DNA from: the human T2T-CHM13v2.0 reference genome, Homo sapiens
Strand: one strand, 5' to 3'
NCBI RefSeq assembly: GCF_009914755.1
Contig: NC_060925.1
Length of the DNA stretch: 64,000 bases
Position 1 is the stretch's first letter; each line of letters starts with the position of its first letter. Below are positions 15,068-29,899 of the stretch, in pieces. The position numbers and the translations under genes were made by a program. The notes beneath the pieces are model-generated. The model was given only the letters and a program-made list of their open reading frames with translations. It was not told where the DNA came from and did no database searches.

Positions 15068-15419
15068 GTGTCTCTTTCTTGTAGCCTGAAACAGCAAGAG
15101 CCTGACTAATATACTATATGTTGAAAACTTCAGAGCATTTAAAGATTTCAAAAATATTTGACGTGTCATTTGAAGACTATAAAGTATTATGATAACTCCA
15201 CCCTGAAAAATTCTTCCAAAAATTTAAACCTCATCTAAAGCAATTAGACATTTGGAAAATCAAGTAAATCATGAGAAACATACAAATATCAATATATAGA
15301 CTCTAGAAAACACAATATTTGTAAGTAAAACTATTTGTTGTTTCAGCAATAGGAGGAATGAGCAAAGGCTACCTTAAGGAAACACAAGCACGTGGCATGG
15401 GCCCAATATTTCCTTTGAA

Positions 15420-15860
15420 ATGTATGCCATGCCTGTAACTCCCTTTCTACTTGTACTGGGATGCCTAATTCAGACCCTTGGTGCTTTATAGATGTGTCTT
15501 GCAATAGAGATGTAATGACTGGTTCCCATGATTCTGGTCTATGTGTCCTTCAATTTGTCCTGCATGCCAGAACAACTACATTAATGCCACTTCTTTGCTT
15601 AAAATGTCTCTGTGGCTTCTATTTATGATCCTCTTTCTGGGTTGCCAGGAACTATATCATCCAGCCTTATTCCTTTGTACTCCACACCTAATTCTATTCC
15701 AGCTTAGCCATCTCATCATGAAAATGCTCTGCTCATTCCCATGGCTCTGCCCTCACTCCTCATATTTCTTTCTCTTGGCATAAGGACCCCCTTCATCAGC
15801 TCTATCCTACTCTATCTAAAGGCTGGCTTATGTCCCACCTCCCACCTGAAGCCTTCCCTG
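15420..15860 (+). mobile_element. L2 LINE fragment
   Basis: L2-like stretch ending cccacctcccacctgaagccttccctg; continues after 16412. Confidence 0.55.
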
Positions 15861-16412
15861 ATCTATAGAGAAAAAAGTAGATTAGTTGTTGTCAGAGGCT
15901 GAGGCATAAGGCAGGTGATATGGTTTGGCTGTGTCCCCACCCAAATCTCATCCTGAATTGTATTTCACATAATCCCCATGTGTTTCGGGAGGGGTCCAGT
16001 GGAGATAATTGAATCATGGGGGCAGTCTCCCTCATCCTGTTCTAATGATAATGAGTTAGTTCTCATGAGGTCTGATGGTTTTGTAAGGGGCTTCCCCCTT
16101 CTCTGGGCACTCATTCTTCTCCTTCCTGCCGCTATGTGAAGAAGGACATGTTTGCTTTCGCTTCCACCACGATTGTAAGTTTCCTGAGGCCTCCCCAGCC
16201 CTGTGGAATTGTGAGTTAATTAAACCTCTTTCCTTTATAAATTACCCAGTCTTGGGTATGTCCTTATAGCCATGGGAGAACAGACTAATACAGTGGGGAA
16301 ATGGCTATGACTGCTAATGGGTATGGGGTTTCTTTTTTGGGGAGATGAAAATGGTCTGGGATTTGACAGTGGTGATGGATGCATGATTTTTATCAATATA
16401 CTAAAAGCCATG
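15861..16412 (+). repeat. Locally copied L1M 3' UTR fragment (source 18247-18416), split by a THE1 LTR
   Basis: Shares non-consensus changes with 18247-18416; flanked by duplicated tgaagccttccc. Confidence 0.75.
15916..16292 (+). mobile_element. THE1 solo LTR (ERVL-MaLR, THE1C-like)
   Basis: tgatatggtttggctgtgtccccacccaaatctcatc...gaacagactaataca; 5-bp TSD gcagg/gtggg, both explicable as CpG decay of gcggg. Confidence 0.95.
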
Positions 16413-18159
16413 AAGCCTTCCCATCTCCCACATGAAGCCCTCCCTTGTCACCCACACCCCTCACTCACCTGCACTCCTCTAGGAACTTCACAGAGCTTAT
16501 TATTTTAGCTCACAAATCAACCCTTATAGAGTTACTGCTTCTCTGTATGGGCCAGATTTAGTTGCTAAGCTAGATAATATACACCTTGACTTTGAGTATG
16601 AGGAAACTGTTTTCTTGTTGACATTGAATAAATATCCTAAATTTTACCCACAATCCCTAGAGGCAGCTTCAGAAAGCAAGATTTATTAGGAATCTCTTTT
16701 TGCCAACAGGGAAATGAAAAACGTGTATATTGCAATCTCCTGTAGTCAGTGTTCAGCCTGAAAAACAAAAACTGGTGAGCAGGTAGTTCTTACCACCAGA
16801 GGACTGTTAATACTGTTGCTATTAACTATAAATATGATTTGTAATAAAAGCCCACATGAGACATAGTGCCATTAGGAAACAAGAATTCCCAGAGGCCACA
16901 CATTAGGAATCAGGCTGTGTGATATAAAAAACACTGAACTGGAGTCAGGTAGTCTGGGATCTCCTGGACCTGCAACTCCATCGCTGTATGACTTTGGTCA
17001 AGTCCGTTAATTTCTCTAAACCCTACTTCCCAATTTGGAAACAGAGCACATCAAACTAGTGACCTCTGAGGTTTGTTCTAGCATTAAAATTCTGGTGACT
17101 GTTGCTATGCCTGGGATAATTTCTCACTAAGTTAGAAGGAAACATTGGGATATCTTACAAAATGACTTGGCCTATTATCTATTTCAGAATGCTGCTGACC
17201 TTCTGTTCTCGGTTATTGGTATCCTATCTGGCTAAAGAAGCTCCTTCCTTGGTAACCCAGGGGGAGACCCAACTTTAGCCCCACCGTTGGCCTTGGGGCC
17301 AAACTACTGCCTAGCCTCTGCAAAACTTGCCAGTTGGCTTTTAAGATTTTCTTACACATATGCTTATTTATTTTCAGTTGGTTAACCTTGAAGTTGAGGC
17401 CAATTTTGTTTTGTGACTTTTGTTCCAAGCTGTCTGTTGAACAGTTTAAGTCTCTTGGAGCCTTTTATTTAGCTGAACCTGGATTGTTCTGTTCTGGGAA
17501 CTGCACCCCCCTGACTCCCCACCGTGGTGCCCTGGATAATTTAGGCTGCAACCTCTCCTCCTTCCTCTAGTGACATTGCAGAGCACCTCTGCGAACTATG
17601 ATGCACACACCTTGTTTTATGAGATTTCAGTTCCACAAGGAGAATAACAGAGAATGGAGTAGCTGAATGACTGGACTTGAATTCAGTGCAGATTTTGTGA
17701 CATTCAGGACATTTTTTCTCCTTTTTTGTTAGCAGCCCCCAGAGCTATCTAACCACAGGAGCTTGAATGACACACCTACCTCTCAAGATTATAGAGTCTG
17801 CCTCAAAAGCCACCACTATGCCAGCTTCCTGTGTGGGTCTATAGACCCCTTGGGAGATCTACATGATAGTGCCTGAACGGAGACTGAGCATTAGAATGCA
17901 TCTTAATTTCAAGCACATCAGCTCCACTGCCAATATGGATTCAGTGATCCAAAGTGTTTAAATCCAAGTCTGGGGTGCAAGTTGATGCTCTTAAGTGGCT
18001 GTTGTGGACCTGGGGTTCCTGTCACAGTAAACTTGGGCTTGAGAAAGGATCCAAAGAGTGCCTGGGCCTCAAGAAGACACTACCAAGGAATGAATGGCCC
18101 TCACTGAACTCCTGTGACATAATAAGATATCTTCACCATTGAATAAGGGATTTTCCTTG

Positions 18160-18490
18160 AAAATATTATGCTAATTGAAAGAAACCAAATTGTAGAAGGT
18201 CACATATTATATGATTTCATTTATATGAAATGTCCAGAATAGGCAAATCTATAGAGACAGAAAGTAGATTCATTCTTATCAGAGGCTGAGGGGTAAGGTG
18301 GGGAAATGGCTTTGACTGCTAGTGGGTGTAAGGTTTCTTTTGTGGGGAGATGAAAATGTTCTAGAATTTGAGATTGGTGATGGATGCATGATTTTATCAA
18401 TGTACTAAAAGCCATTGACTTGCACACATTAAATTAGTAAATGGTATGGTACATAAATTACAACTCAATAAAGCTGTTTAAAAAAAATAC
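18160..18490 (+). mobile_element. L1MB/ME-type 3' end
   Basis: atgaaatgtccagaataggcaaatctatagagacagaaagtagatt...ctcaataaagctgtttaaaaa. Confidence 0.9.
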
Positions 18491-19587
18491 GGCATTCTGT
18501 CTACTAAAATAAAACAAAAGAAATAAGTAAAACCAGACTTTCACAGTCAACAAGTCTGTCATCAGATAATGCTGATTAATAGTAAAACTGTAATACACTC
18601 TCCCTCTGAAGTTGGAGTGGGCTCTGCTGAAAATAGAAATCTCAGGCATATGAAGAGGTTGGTGTCAGTCTGTTCTTCGTGGAATACATTTAATGAGAAT
18701 CTTTTGCTTCTTTCTCTAAAGAAAGTAGAACTGAAAGAGGAGGGTGTCAGTTTCTTAGCAGCTTGCAAAGCCCAAATCAATATAAAAAGAGCTTCCATTT
18801 CTCAAGTATCTTCTAGGTATTCAGTGAATACCCAGGGTTAAGGCTATTTACATGCATACTTGCTAATCCTCACCACAACGCTGCAAGGTAGATATTCCTA
18901 TCTCTGTTTCACTTAGGAGAGAAATTATGTTCCCAAAGTTGCAGAGCAAGTAAATAGCAGAACCAAGATTAGACCCAGATCAGTCTAACTCCAAGGCCTT
19001 TGTCCTCAGTATCTCTCAACCCTCAATTAGAAGAGTTATCACGGCCCTGGCTGAACCTGCCTAGGTTATTTAACAAATTTTTAGCATTTTGAAGCCATTC
19101 CATTCAGTTACAGCAGCAGTTACTGTTCAGAAATTTACATTCCAAAAACTGAAATCAACAAGGCAATGCTGCTTGTCTCAGCATTGTAGTTTTGATGATT
19201 CTTAGAGATGTGTTATGTTATTTAAGACATTTTTAGTGGCTCTCACTGCCAAAGACTATGGATCTCATCATTGCCTGTGCCCACAAGGACCCTCTGTTCC
19301 CTCTGACCTCAGGCCTCTTCCCATCCAACAAGCCTCTCTGCACTTCTATGTTCCCCTACTGGAACAAAGTCAGAACTGGATCTGCTGACGCCACATATAG
19401 GTATGGAATCTGAGATTGCTCTATTGGGATCATCATTCTAGACACTTCCCTCTGCCATGGCAGGCTTTTGCTTCCATGCCAGATTGACATGATGCTATAC
19501 TGAGTGAGGACAACTCTGAGAGACCCACAGTCTTCCCAAGCTAGACCCAGGGAAGCAGTTTGGGGGTTCCCCAAATATATTTGGCTG

Positions 19588-19781
19588 TTTGCATGGACCC
19601 AGGGGGATTTAACCTCAAGGGCAAAATAAGAACTCTCATCTCAGAATCCCTGCCACCCTCTCTGTGCCCTACTCTTCATGACTGGAAGAAGTTTTCTCTT
19701 CCCTTAGGGGTGGGAATGCCAAGTCATATCCTGCTTCTCTCAATACCGTGCCTCAGAGTAGAACCCTTTGCTCAGACCCCT
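19588..19781 (+). repeat. Left arm of a ~190-bp non-TE inverted repeat
   Basis: Reverse complement of 21232-21419 at about 88% (23 substitutions and one 6-bp indel by eye). Confidence 0.92.
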
Positions 19782-20334
19782 CAGGTCTGCTCTGGATATA
19801 TAAAGGGAATCTTTGGAAACATACAAAACCCTTTCTCTCTCAATAAATCCTGGCTTTCAAGGTGAATTCCTCTTCATGGACCCAAAGAGTCTAATTTCAA
19901 ATGGAAAGCTCAGGAATGATCTCTTGTTCTGGACCAGTTCTACCCAGGCTCTGATCTCTGTGTGTGAACTGTTTGTTACTGTCTGCAACAATAAAGTATA
20001 GGAATTGAGAATATTTGGAAACTTTTATAGAAATTTGGCAGAGCAATTTTATGTTGTTGAATTTAATTAAAATCTTGTACCTCTTATGTCTATGTCTGTT
20101 AATTTTTCTAGTAATTTATACTTTGATTACATCTTTTAAAATGACAGATTGGAATTTTTTTTTTAATGACCCTTTACCACAGATAGTTTGAGAAGTGCTG
20201 TTTTAGGCTGTATCTGAACTTCCCCTTAAGGAAATGCCAGTGTCACAATGGGTGGAGAAGCCATAGGAAAACAAGGAACTGTTTTCTACACCAAAAATAC
20301 AGTGACTTACTATCTCAAAAATAGGTCTTCATTA

Positions 20335-20850
<516 letters not shown>

Positions 20851-21231
20851 TCAAACCAATGCCTGCAGTTCCCTCATTATTAAGTATATTAGCTAAGGTA
20901 CAGACCCAATTGTAGCAAAATATGTCTCTAAAGTGCCATGTCATAAACAAGATAAAGTTAATTTCTTTTTCATATATTGGTCCAGAATTTGGTAATCAAG
21001 GATCAGCGGATGGCTCTGCTACCTCCAACAGGTGGCTCCCCTCATTGGGTCCAAAGGAATTGATCCAGTTCCCACTATCTCCCAGTCAGGGAAAGGGAAA
21101 AAGTACTGGGGAGGTGCATACCCAAATAATGCCTTTAATGACAAGACAAGTGTTCTGTAGTTAGATGGCCTATTTCCCAGTGGAAATTCTATTCCTACTA
21201 TTGGTGTGGAAAATAATAATAATAATACTTT

Positions 21232-21419
21232 AGGGGTCTGAGCATAGGGTTCTACTCTAAGGCATGGTGTTGAGAGAATATGACTTGGCATTCCCATCTC
21301 TAAGGAAGGAGAAAATTTCTTCCAGTCATGAAGAGTAGGGCACAGAGAAGGTGGCAGGGATTCTGATAGGAGAGTCCCAGTTTTGTCCTTCAGGTTGAAT
21401 TCCCTTGGCTCCATGGAAA
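21232..21419 (-). repeat. Right arm of the ~190-bp inverted repeat
   Basis: Partner of 19588-19781; opposite-strand ORFs share SESLPPSLCPTLHDWKKFS. Confidence 0.92.
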
Positions 21420-21669
21420 TAAGTAGGCTGTCACACTATGGAATCTTACTAGGCTGAACATTTTTACAAACCTTGAGCTTTTCTGAACTTGTCAATACCT
21501 AGTCACTTACAATTTTATAGTTAGAAACCTAAATAATTATCATTTTTTAGATCTTTCCAAATTAACCAAAAATTTCTATTGTACTTATCATTCTCTAATT
21601 TTTCTTGAAAAATTTCCCCCAGATATTTTGATGGTATTGTGATTATGAGATAAACAGCAAGATGGATTT

Positions 21670-21995
21670 TTTAAAAAGAAAAAACCTACAATTTATCAAA
21701 ACTAATTCAAGAATATATATAAAACCCGAACAATTTTTAACTAAAAGAATTTAAATATATCATTTAAAATATCTGGCCAGACTCAGTGGGATTACACCTG
21801 TAATCCCAGTGCTTTGGGAGGCTGAGGCAGGAGGATTGCCTGTGGCCAGGAGTTCAAGACCAGCCTGGGCAACATAGTGAGAATCTGTCCTTTATTTAAA
21901 TATATATATTCCTACAAAGAAAACTCTAGCCCCAGATTGCTTCACTGGAAAGTTCTATCAAATATTCAAGAAATAGATAATGCCAATCTTATGTG
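21670..21995 (+). mobile_element. Old L1 ORF2 fragment containing a FLAM/Alu monomer (21775-21900)
   Basis: aaactctagccccagattgcttcactggaaagttctatcaaatattcaag is L1 ORF2-like; monomer ggccagactcagtgg...gcaacatagtgaga. Confidence 0.8.
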
Positions 21996-22364
21996 AACTA
22001 TCCCAGAGCATAGGGCATAGGTAGGTAATGTAGGGACACGCATCCCAGGCAGGAACAGTACGTGCAGGGGCACAAAGGCAGAGAACACAATGAATTGGGG
22101 AAACAAGTTGTTCAGTATAGCTGGAGCTCAAAGGACTTCTTGGAGAGAATCTGAATAAAGCAAAATATCAACATCAACTGAAAACTTCTTGTAATAATAT
22201 CCTAGAAACGAAGAAGTCCTGACTGTCTCTACAAGTGCCCTTAAATGGTGTCTTAATCACAAGTCTTTTCAAGGACTCCTATAAGTCTGCACCTGGGATG
22301 GCAGATATGCTGAATACAAGCTGCCTTGCCCCACATCTGGGCCCATAATATTTATGATAATAAC

Positions 22365-22610
22365 AACTTGTATTTATTGAGCACTCTACTAGATACAGTG
22401 CTAAGCACTTGACATGAATTATCTCAACAATCCTTACAATAACCCTGTGAAGCAGATGCTATAATCTATTTGCATTTTACAGATAATAAACAAGCCTGAA
22501 AGTGGTTAGGTAACTTGCTTAAAGACTTGGCTAGTAAGTTGCAGAGATAGGGCTGGAACTTCAGTCCTTCTAGCTATAATAGTCATGCTCTTGGGCTACT
22601 ATGCTAGCCT
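22365..22610 (-). mobile_element. MIR SINE
   Basis: atttattgagcact...gtgctaagcac...cattttacagat...aggtaacttgc core. Confidence 0.8.
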
Positions 22611-22631
22611 GCCCGGGCCAGATATCACTAA

Positions 22632-22973
<342 letters not shown>

Positions 22974-24045
22974 GATCATTGCATTCTTTTTCATTCAGCA
23001 CAGACCAAGCCTCCCAACTTCTTTTAGTACAGTGTTCTAGGGAGCCACTGTAGATTAATCAGAATCGGCACATGAGATGGGATCATTGCTGCCCTTGGCT
23101 TATACTCCAGTGATGTTATCTCAGATGCAGCCTCAGATTCTGATTCAGCACTGGAATCCTGAACAAGTGACATCAAATGCTGATCTACCACCATAAATTG
23201 CATTCTAGCATGTTTACTTGGAGTTTGCATGGTTTTCTTTATAAGCTCTCCTGGTGATCCTAAGGTGCAACCAAGGCTGACAACCATCTGCCTTTCTTAT
23301 TTCTGACCCTTTAAATCAATCTGAAGCACTCAGGATTGCTGGCCCATAGAGAGAAACTGAAAATCCCAGCTTGCCTTAGCTACCATTACCAAAAACCCAG
23401 CTCCTTCACCTGTTCCTAACTAACTTTTACTTTGTTCTCATCCTTCTTGGCTCTCGGGTCCTATGTTGCAATGGGTGGAAACAGCCAAGTTTCATCTCAG
23501 GCTGTAGAACCCAACCCTGATCTTTTCTCTAAACAAGCAGGAACCCTAGGAGCTAGACAGAGGCTGGGATGCTGTATCTTAGAAACCGGGGATGCTGGGG
23601 CTCCAGGAATCTTGCAGAGGGATGTAGTGCATGGAGGTGAGGGAGGGATCCAAGGGAAAAATGGAAGTTAAATTCATGGGCAACATTCCAGAGATTCATC
23701 ATCAAAGCAGAGGACCTAGGCAAGGAGACTCTAGGATCATGATCCAGGGAAAACAGCACAGAGAAGGGAAGGGTTTGTAGCAGAGTTCAGGTGGTGAAGC
23801 CTGGAGAAATTCTCTAAGGTGCAGATAATACCTGCAGCTGTGGCTTACTATAAGCCTATGACCTGAGGCTGGGTGAGGTCACCCTGTAGCCTCCCTGGAC
23901 CTAGCTGTTTACCTGCAGAGCTCAAGGAATTTGTGTGGTTATCCTTTTGCCACCTCAGCTTCAAATAAAAGGTTTGGCAAAGGTTTGGCTTTGGGGAGCC
24001 TAAAGCAGGATTTTGGAGATTAGCCAAAGAGACTACAGAGATTCC

Positions 24046-24674
<629 letters not shown>

Positions 24675-25995
24675 GGGATACTGAATTTTGAATCAGAAAA
24701 TCCAGACTTTGCAATAGTCAAAACCATATCTTATTTGTCTTTCTGCTCCATTACCCAGGATTTTACTTAGAACATCAGTAGACACCTGAAAACATTGGTC
24801 AAATAGAAGTGAATAAATGATTAAAGAACAAATTAACAAGTAAATGAAGCCCGACATAAATAAAGGCCCTGCTAATCCACCAGCTACACTCGTGTGACAA
24901 AGGCCCCAGAGATACCCATGCTCTATATCCATGGAATTGTGCCATGGGGCTGGCTTACTGGGGATTCTATTTACCTGTGGTCTTGACGGGCCTCCCTGGA
25001 GAAACAGTAACCTGACATCTGGAGAGTACATTTGGCTCTGTGAACTAGGTCAGATCTGCAGACTTGTGGTTTACCCACTTAGACCCATGCCACACACAGC
25101 AGGCCCCTGATGAGAGCCCTGGCATCCTTGCCTTGTGCTTCTTCACCATCCCCTCCCAGATCTCACCTGGCCTCTTTGGTCCCAACTGTGTGCCTCCTCT
25201 CCTCTCTCTAGCTTCTTGCTCTTCTCTATGCCCTTTGCCTGACCCTGCCTCTCTGGTTCTGACCTTGGCTCCCCTCCTGTTTTGCAGTGAGCATTTACCC
25301 TTCAGATCATATCTGCAGCTGCCACTCTGGGCAAACTCCCTCTCCCTCAAACTTGGCCTCCATGTCCATTGGCCATAGGCTGATTTTCCCACTGTGCTTG
25401 GTCAGGCTTCATGGGTGGAATTCAGACACCAGGACTGGGCATCCTGGTCAAAACCAGGGGCAAACGCTCTCACCTGCATTCTTGGGCGGGAGGCAGGGGT
25501 CCCAGGTGGCCAAGAAACTCACCCCATAACTGAACAGAGGTGGCATGCCCACACTCCGTCCCTGGACAAGGGAAGCTCAAATTCAAATAGTATACAACAT
25601 TGTGCTTCTCACATAGTAAAACCAATCTTTCAGAAATGTGTCCTGAATTCCTAAGGGGAGGAAGGGAGAAAGATCCTCCAGAAAATAAAAAAAAAAATTC
25701 CAATAAAACGAAGTTGGTCCACTGGCAATATAGTACAAAACAAAGATCTTGGTAAGAAAACATCTCCCTGATTTTGGGGTTCCCATGAAAATAACACAGG
25801 TCCCCATGAAAATAACGTAGATGAAGCAGCAGAGAACTGACAAAGGCTGTGGAAACATGGAAAGAGTAATGATAACGCAGAAATCAGAGGTGAAGTAAAA
25901 GCACAAGTGAACCTTCACAAAGCTGGGCTAAGTGATATTAACGTAGCTGCTATTAACCAGAAATTCCCAGTCAAGTCAACCAGGCTTGGCAGTGG

Positions 25996-26014
25996 TGGCC
26001 ACCAGAGGGCGCTA
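25996..26014 (+). promoter_or_regulatory. CTCF binding motif
   Basis: TGGCCACCAGAGGGCGCTA matches the CTCF core consensus TGGCCACCAG(A/G)GGGCGCTA across 19 bp, in unique sequence with the CpG retained. Confidence 0.85.
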
Positions 26015-28750
26015 GAGTAGAGTCCGTGGGAGAACTTCAGCGGTGGCCCTGCAGGTTTGAGAGGCACCTTCCCGGAGGATGGATTTGAAGGGCTGAGGGT
26101 CCAGCAGTTCTGTGGGTTGGCGGCTCACAGGAGAAAGCATGAAGACATACTTCCATCCTCACACCCCCGAAGGTCCTTGCCTGGACTGGAAGCTAAAGAA
26201 GCGCATGCTACATTGTTTTCCTAGTGACAAAAATCCCAGCTGGCCTCTGGTTAACTTTTCAAACAAATGGCACTGATGTGATATTGGGCGAACTCTAGGT
26301 GTCACTGACCTAATAAAAAGAAAAAAGCTATTTGCTTCCCATTTTCCGATGCAGTGAGGATTTCACAGTGATCTCAAACACAGTGAAATACATAAAAAGA
26401 GCCTAGCTTAATGGGGGCACCCAGCAAATGCCCAATAAACATCTGTTCCCTTTCCTCAATAAACCCCATTTGCCTCTCAGCCTGCAGCCTCCCACACTGG
26501 TGGACCCACGTGCCCCTCAGAAGTGAAGCTTTTGGCCCCTGTAAAGCAGCAGCCCCTCTGGCCAGAGAGTCTTTTGTCCCAGAGCCTTTGTTGTTCCAGA
26601 TTTCTCACTGTGAGGCCTCAGCAGCTGCCAGGGGGCCACCCCAGGAGCTGGAATCAGAGCTCAGAAAGACAGCAGTCCTTCTTCTGCTCCTTTCTGGGCC
26701 CGCATGCCCCAGCCCCACACCCAGCCTCAACCACACTGCCCTGCACACCCTCACCGTGCCCCCACTTCTCCACAATGTGTTTCTAATCTGCCCAGGAACA
26801 GTCACCAGCTCACTTTTCCTGCCTGGTCTCATTAGCGTGGCCTCTGGGCCTGGGCCTGGGTGTGTAGCCCAGAGGCTTGCACGGAGGTGATCAGATTGCA
26901 GGGAACAGTATGTTTCCCTCCCTGCCTCTGCTTGTTTTCTTCAGGGGCCAGGGCCAGCCAGCTGAGCTGTCTTCCTCTTCCCCGGCTTCTCATCCTCCCT
27001 CACACATGGTCTGACTTCAGTGGGTGGGGGGATGAGCAGAGGGTGTGACACACACGAGTGTGCATGACTGGCATGCAGGGAGTGTGAGTTGTGGGCAGGT
27101 TTCTTAAGGGGAGGCAAGGCTGCTACTACTCCGGGAAACAGGCCTGGGAGTCAGGGGGAGTGGAGGAGGAAGGCCAAGCTGGGGATTTGTACAGACCAGT
27201 TCTGGCCAGATCTCTTAAAATGTTTTGTTCTTGCATTGCTGCTGCTGCTGCTGTTGGTTTTTTTCCCCCCTTCCCTGTGCTGAGCTGTCATTTCTTAGTC
27301 CAGCCAGGCCCTTATGAACTTCTGGTTCCTCTAAACGGTAAACACCCTGGTTTTCCAGACTACACCATAGCTCTCTTTTCTTATTTGCCTTCAAAATACA
27401 CTTTAAAAAAAAAAAAAAGAAAGTAGAAAATGGCAATATCAGTGATAAGGGCAGGGCATGCACTGAAAAAGAACAGTTCAATCTAACATTTATCGAGCCT
27501 GCCACCTTCCTCAGCTTTATTCTCTCCTTTCTTGTTCTTGGTAACAGCAGATAAGAAATCAGCTGTGGGTCAATACGTGAAAAATGTTCACTCTTTTAGA
27601 GTAGTATTAAAATAAATATTTTCAATGACAACATTAAGCAGTTAATAATTAAAGCATGTGCATATGTATACTTAAAAGGGGCTGGAGTCCCTTCTGTCCA
27701 AATCAAATTTTCCACAAGCGTTGGTAACAAGGTGGCTGGGAATGTTGAGATGTGAGACTGGCCTTCCAAGGATCAGGAGGGCAGCTGGTGGTGGGTCTGC
27801 TCTCTCTCATCACTCTCAGTGGCGACATCACCGTCCATCCTCCCCAGTACTAAGATCTGCTTCAGGAAAGAGCCTGAAACCAGCCACATGTATCTCATGT
27901 TGGTGAAGGAAAATCACAGTAGTGGTCCTCAGTGGGACTCTAAAATGACTTCACATCAGCCTCATTTGGTAAATGAGGAAACTGAGGCTCCAAGAGGTGA
28001 TGTGTGTCACCCAAGTTTCCATAGCAGAGCTAGAAAAAGACCTTGTTCCTGGGGTCCTGGGAGAGGGTCCTACTGCCCAGCTCTGACGGATGAAAGGAAG
28101 GCTTTTTTCCATGGTACCAGCTGTTGCTATGGGCAACCCTAGAGATCACTCTGTGGGGTGTGGGATCCTTCGGGAGAGCTTGTGCTTCCATTTGGAGAGA
28201 CTTCACAAAGAGGGTGTGCCATGGGGACTAACATAAAAAATCAAGAGTGGGGAGACAGAAAGAGGAAGGTCAGCAGAACTGTCCAGATTTCTACAATGCC
28301 CGCCCTTCTTAGGCAAGCTAAGCCATCTACGTGTTGGGGGCATGGTTGCTGGCCCTCCGGAAACCCCTCGGATCTGAAGAGCAGACAAGAGCATCTGTCA
28401 TCTCACAGAGATGCCTTGGGATTTGAATACTTGTTTTGTCTTTGGCCTGGAGTTTTACTCTTAGAGCTCCTTGCCCAGATATTCCATGGTAACCCACTGT
28501 CATATTCTGCATAGTCCTCTGAGATAAATATGGAGAAATTATGGAATGCAGGGGAAAGAATTCTGAACTTCAAATGAGAAGAGCTGGGTTTGTGTCTGGC
28601 TTCACTCCTTACTTGTGTCTAATCAAAAGCAAATCAAAATTGAAAGTAAGAGCTAAATTTTTGTTAAGGTAGGATTTTAAGGCAATTGTTAAGTCAAAGA
28701 TGTATCTTAAGCACCACATTCAAAACCACGTATTCTCGTACATCACTCTT

Positions 28751-28900
28751 ACTGTATTTTCTAGACTCTAAGAAGCCATTGACTAAGACACAGCAGTGAG
28801 TTAATAACAGCTTTTAGGGGGAAAGGAGAAGAAAAATGTTTCTCTGTTAAACATACACATCAATTGTAAGACACAGGATCTCTGAAATGTCAGGTGTGAA
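28751..28900. mobile_element. Probable TcMar-Tc2 (MER104/Kanga-like) DNA transposon remnant
   Basis: ctgtattttctagactctaagaagccattgactaagaca and catcaattgtaagacac resemble MER104/Kanga termini. Confidence 0.45.
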
Positions 28901-29417
28901 GATCAAGCTTCTTGGAATGAAAGAAACAGTGGTATTGTTAACATTTTGAAGGAAGACTGGCTCAGGGAAGGGCAAAAGACATTTTTGAACACACGGCTAC
29001 TTATCGGGTTAGTAGAATGTTCCCCAAATTCTCCTTTGTAATACCTACATCCTCTTTGGCTGTTCCCCTCCTGGTCCTCAGTCTTTTGTTTACCTGTCAT
29101 TGAAACTTTCCACCAGTTTGGCCAATGGCCATTGTGTCAACTGCAGCTCAGACTTGTCCAGGCAAACACCGGCTCACTGACCAGGTGCTCACCAAGCCTC
29201 AGGGTACACATACCAGCCCCGCGGTACCATACCCTCAGGGTACACAACCACACCCACAGACACCTGGTAATACTGCTTCATACTACATTAATTTTCCTGT
29301 AAGCAAACTTTCTGACTTAAATCATTTTGTTTCAGAAGTAAAAGTGATAATTTCACTTTACATGCAAAACCTATATCACTTCTGTAGATACAAAGTAAGC
29401 ATAAAAATAGTAAAATG

Positions 29418-29715
29418 GGCCAAGCACAATGGCTCACACCTGTAATCCCAGCACTTTGGGAGGTCGAGGCAGGCAGATCACTTGAGGTCAGGAGTTCGAG
29501 ACCAGCCTGGCCAACATGGTGAAACCCCGTCTCTACTAAAAATACAAAAATTAGACGAGCATGGTGGCGCATGCCTGTAATCCTAGCAACTCAGGAGGCT
29601 GAGGCAGGAGAATCACTTGAACCCAGGAGGCAGTGGTTGCAGTGAGCTGGGATCATGCCACTGCACTCCAGCCTAGGTGACAGAGCCAGACCCTGTCTCA
29701 AAAAAAAAAAAAAAA
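29418..29715 (+). mobile_element. Alu SINE (AluSx/Sz-like)
   Basis: Full dimer; TSD core agtaaaatg. Confidence 0.96.
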
Positions 29716-29899
29716 GTAAAATGGAAACATAGAAACTTAAAAAAAAAAAAACTATGTTGATTCTAATACCTTGTGTGTAGAATAAATCCAATCAATTTAT
29801 GAAAATAATTTCCTCACTGAGAAAAATGAAACTGTAATCTTTCCATAAGAAAGGAATATTCAACCCCACGTACTAAGTTTAAGAGAACAGCGAGGAGCT

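Noticed and set aside
26411-26890. Longest ORF (159 aa)
   Set aside because: Low-complexity P/L/S/A-rich peptide in GC-richer DNA with overlapping ORFs on both strands; no recognisable homology.
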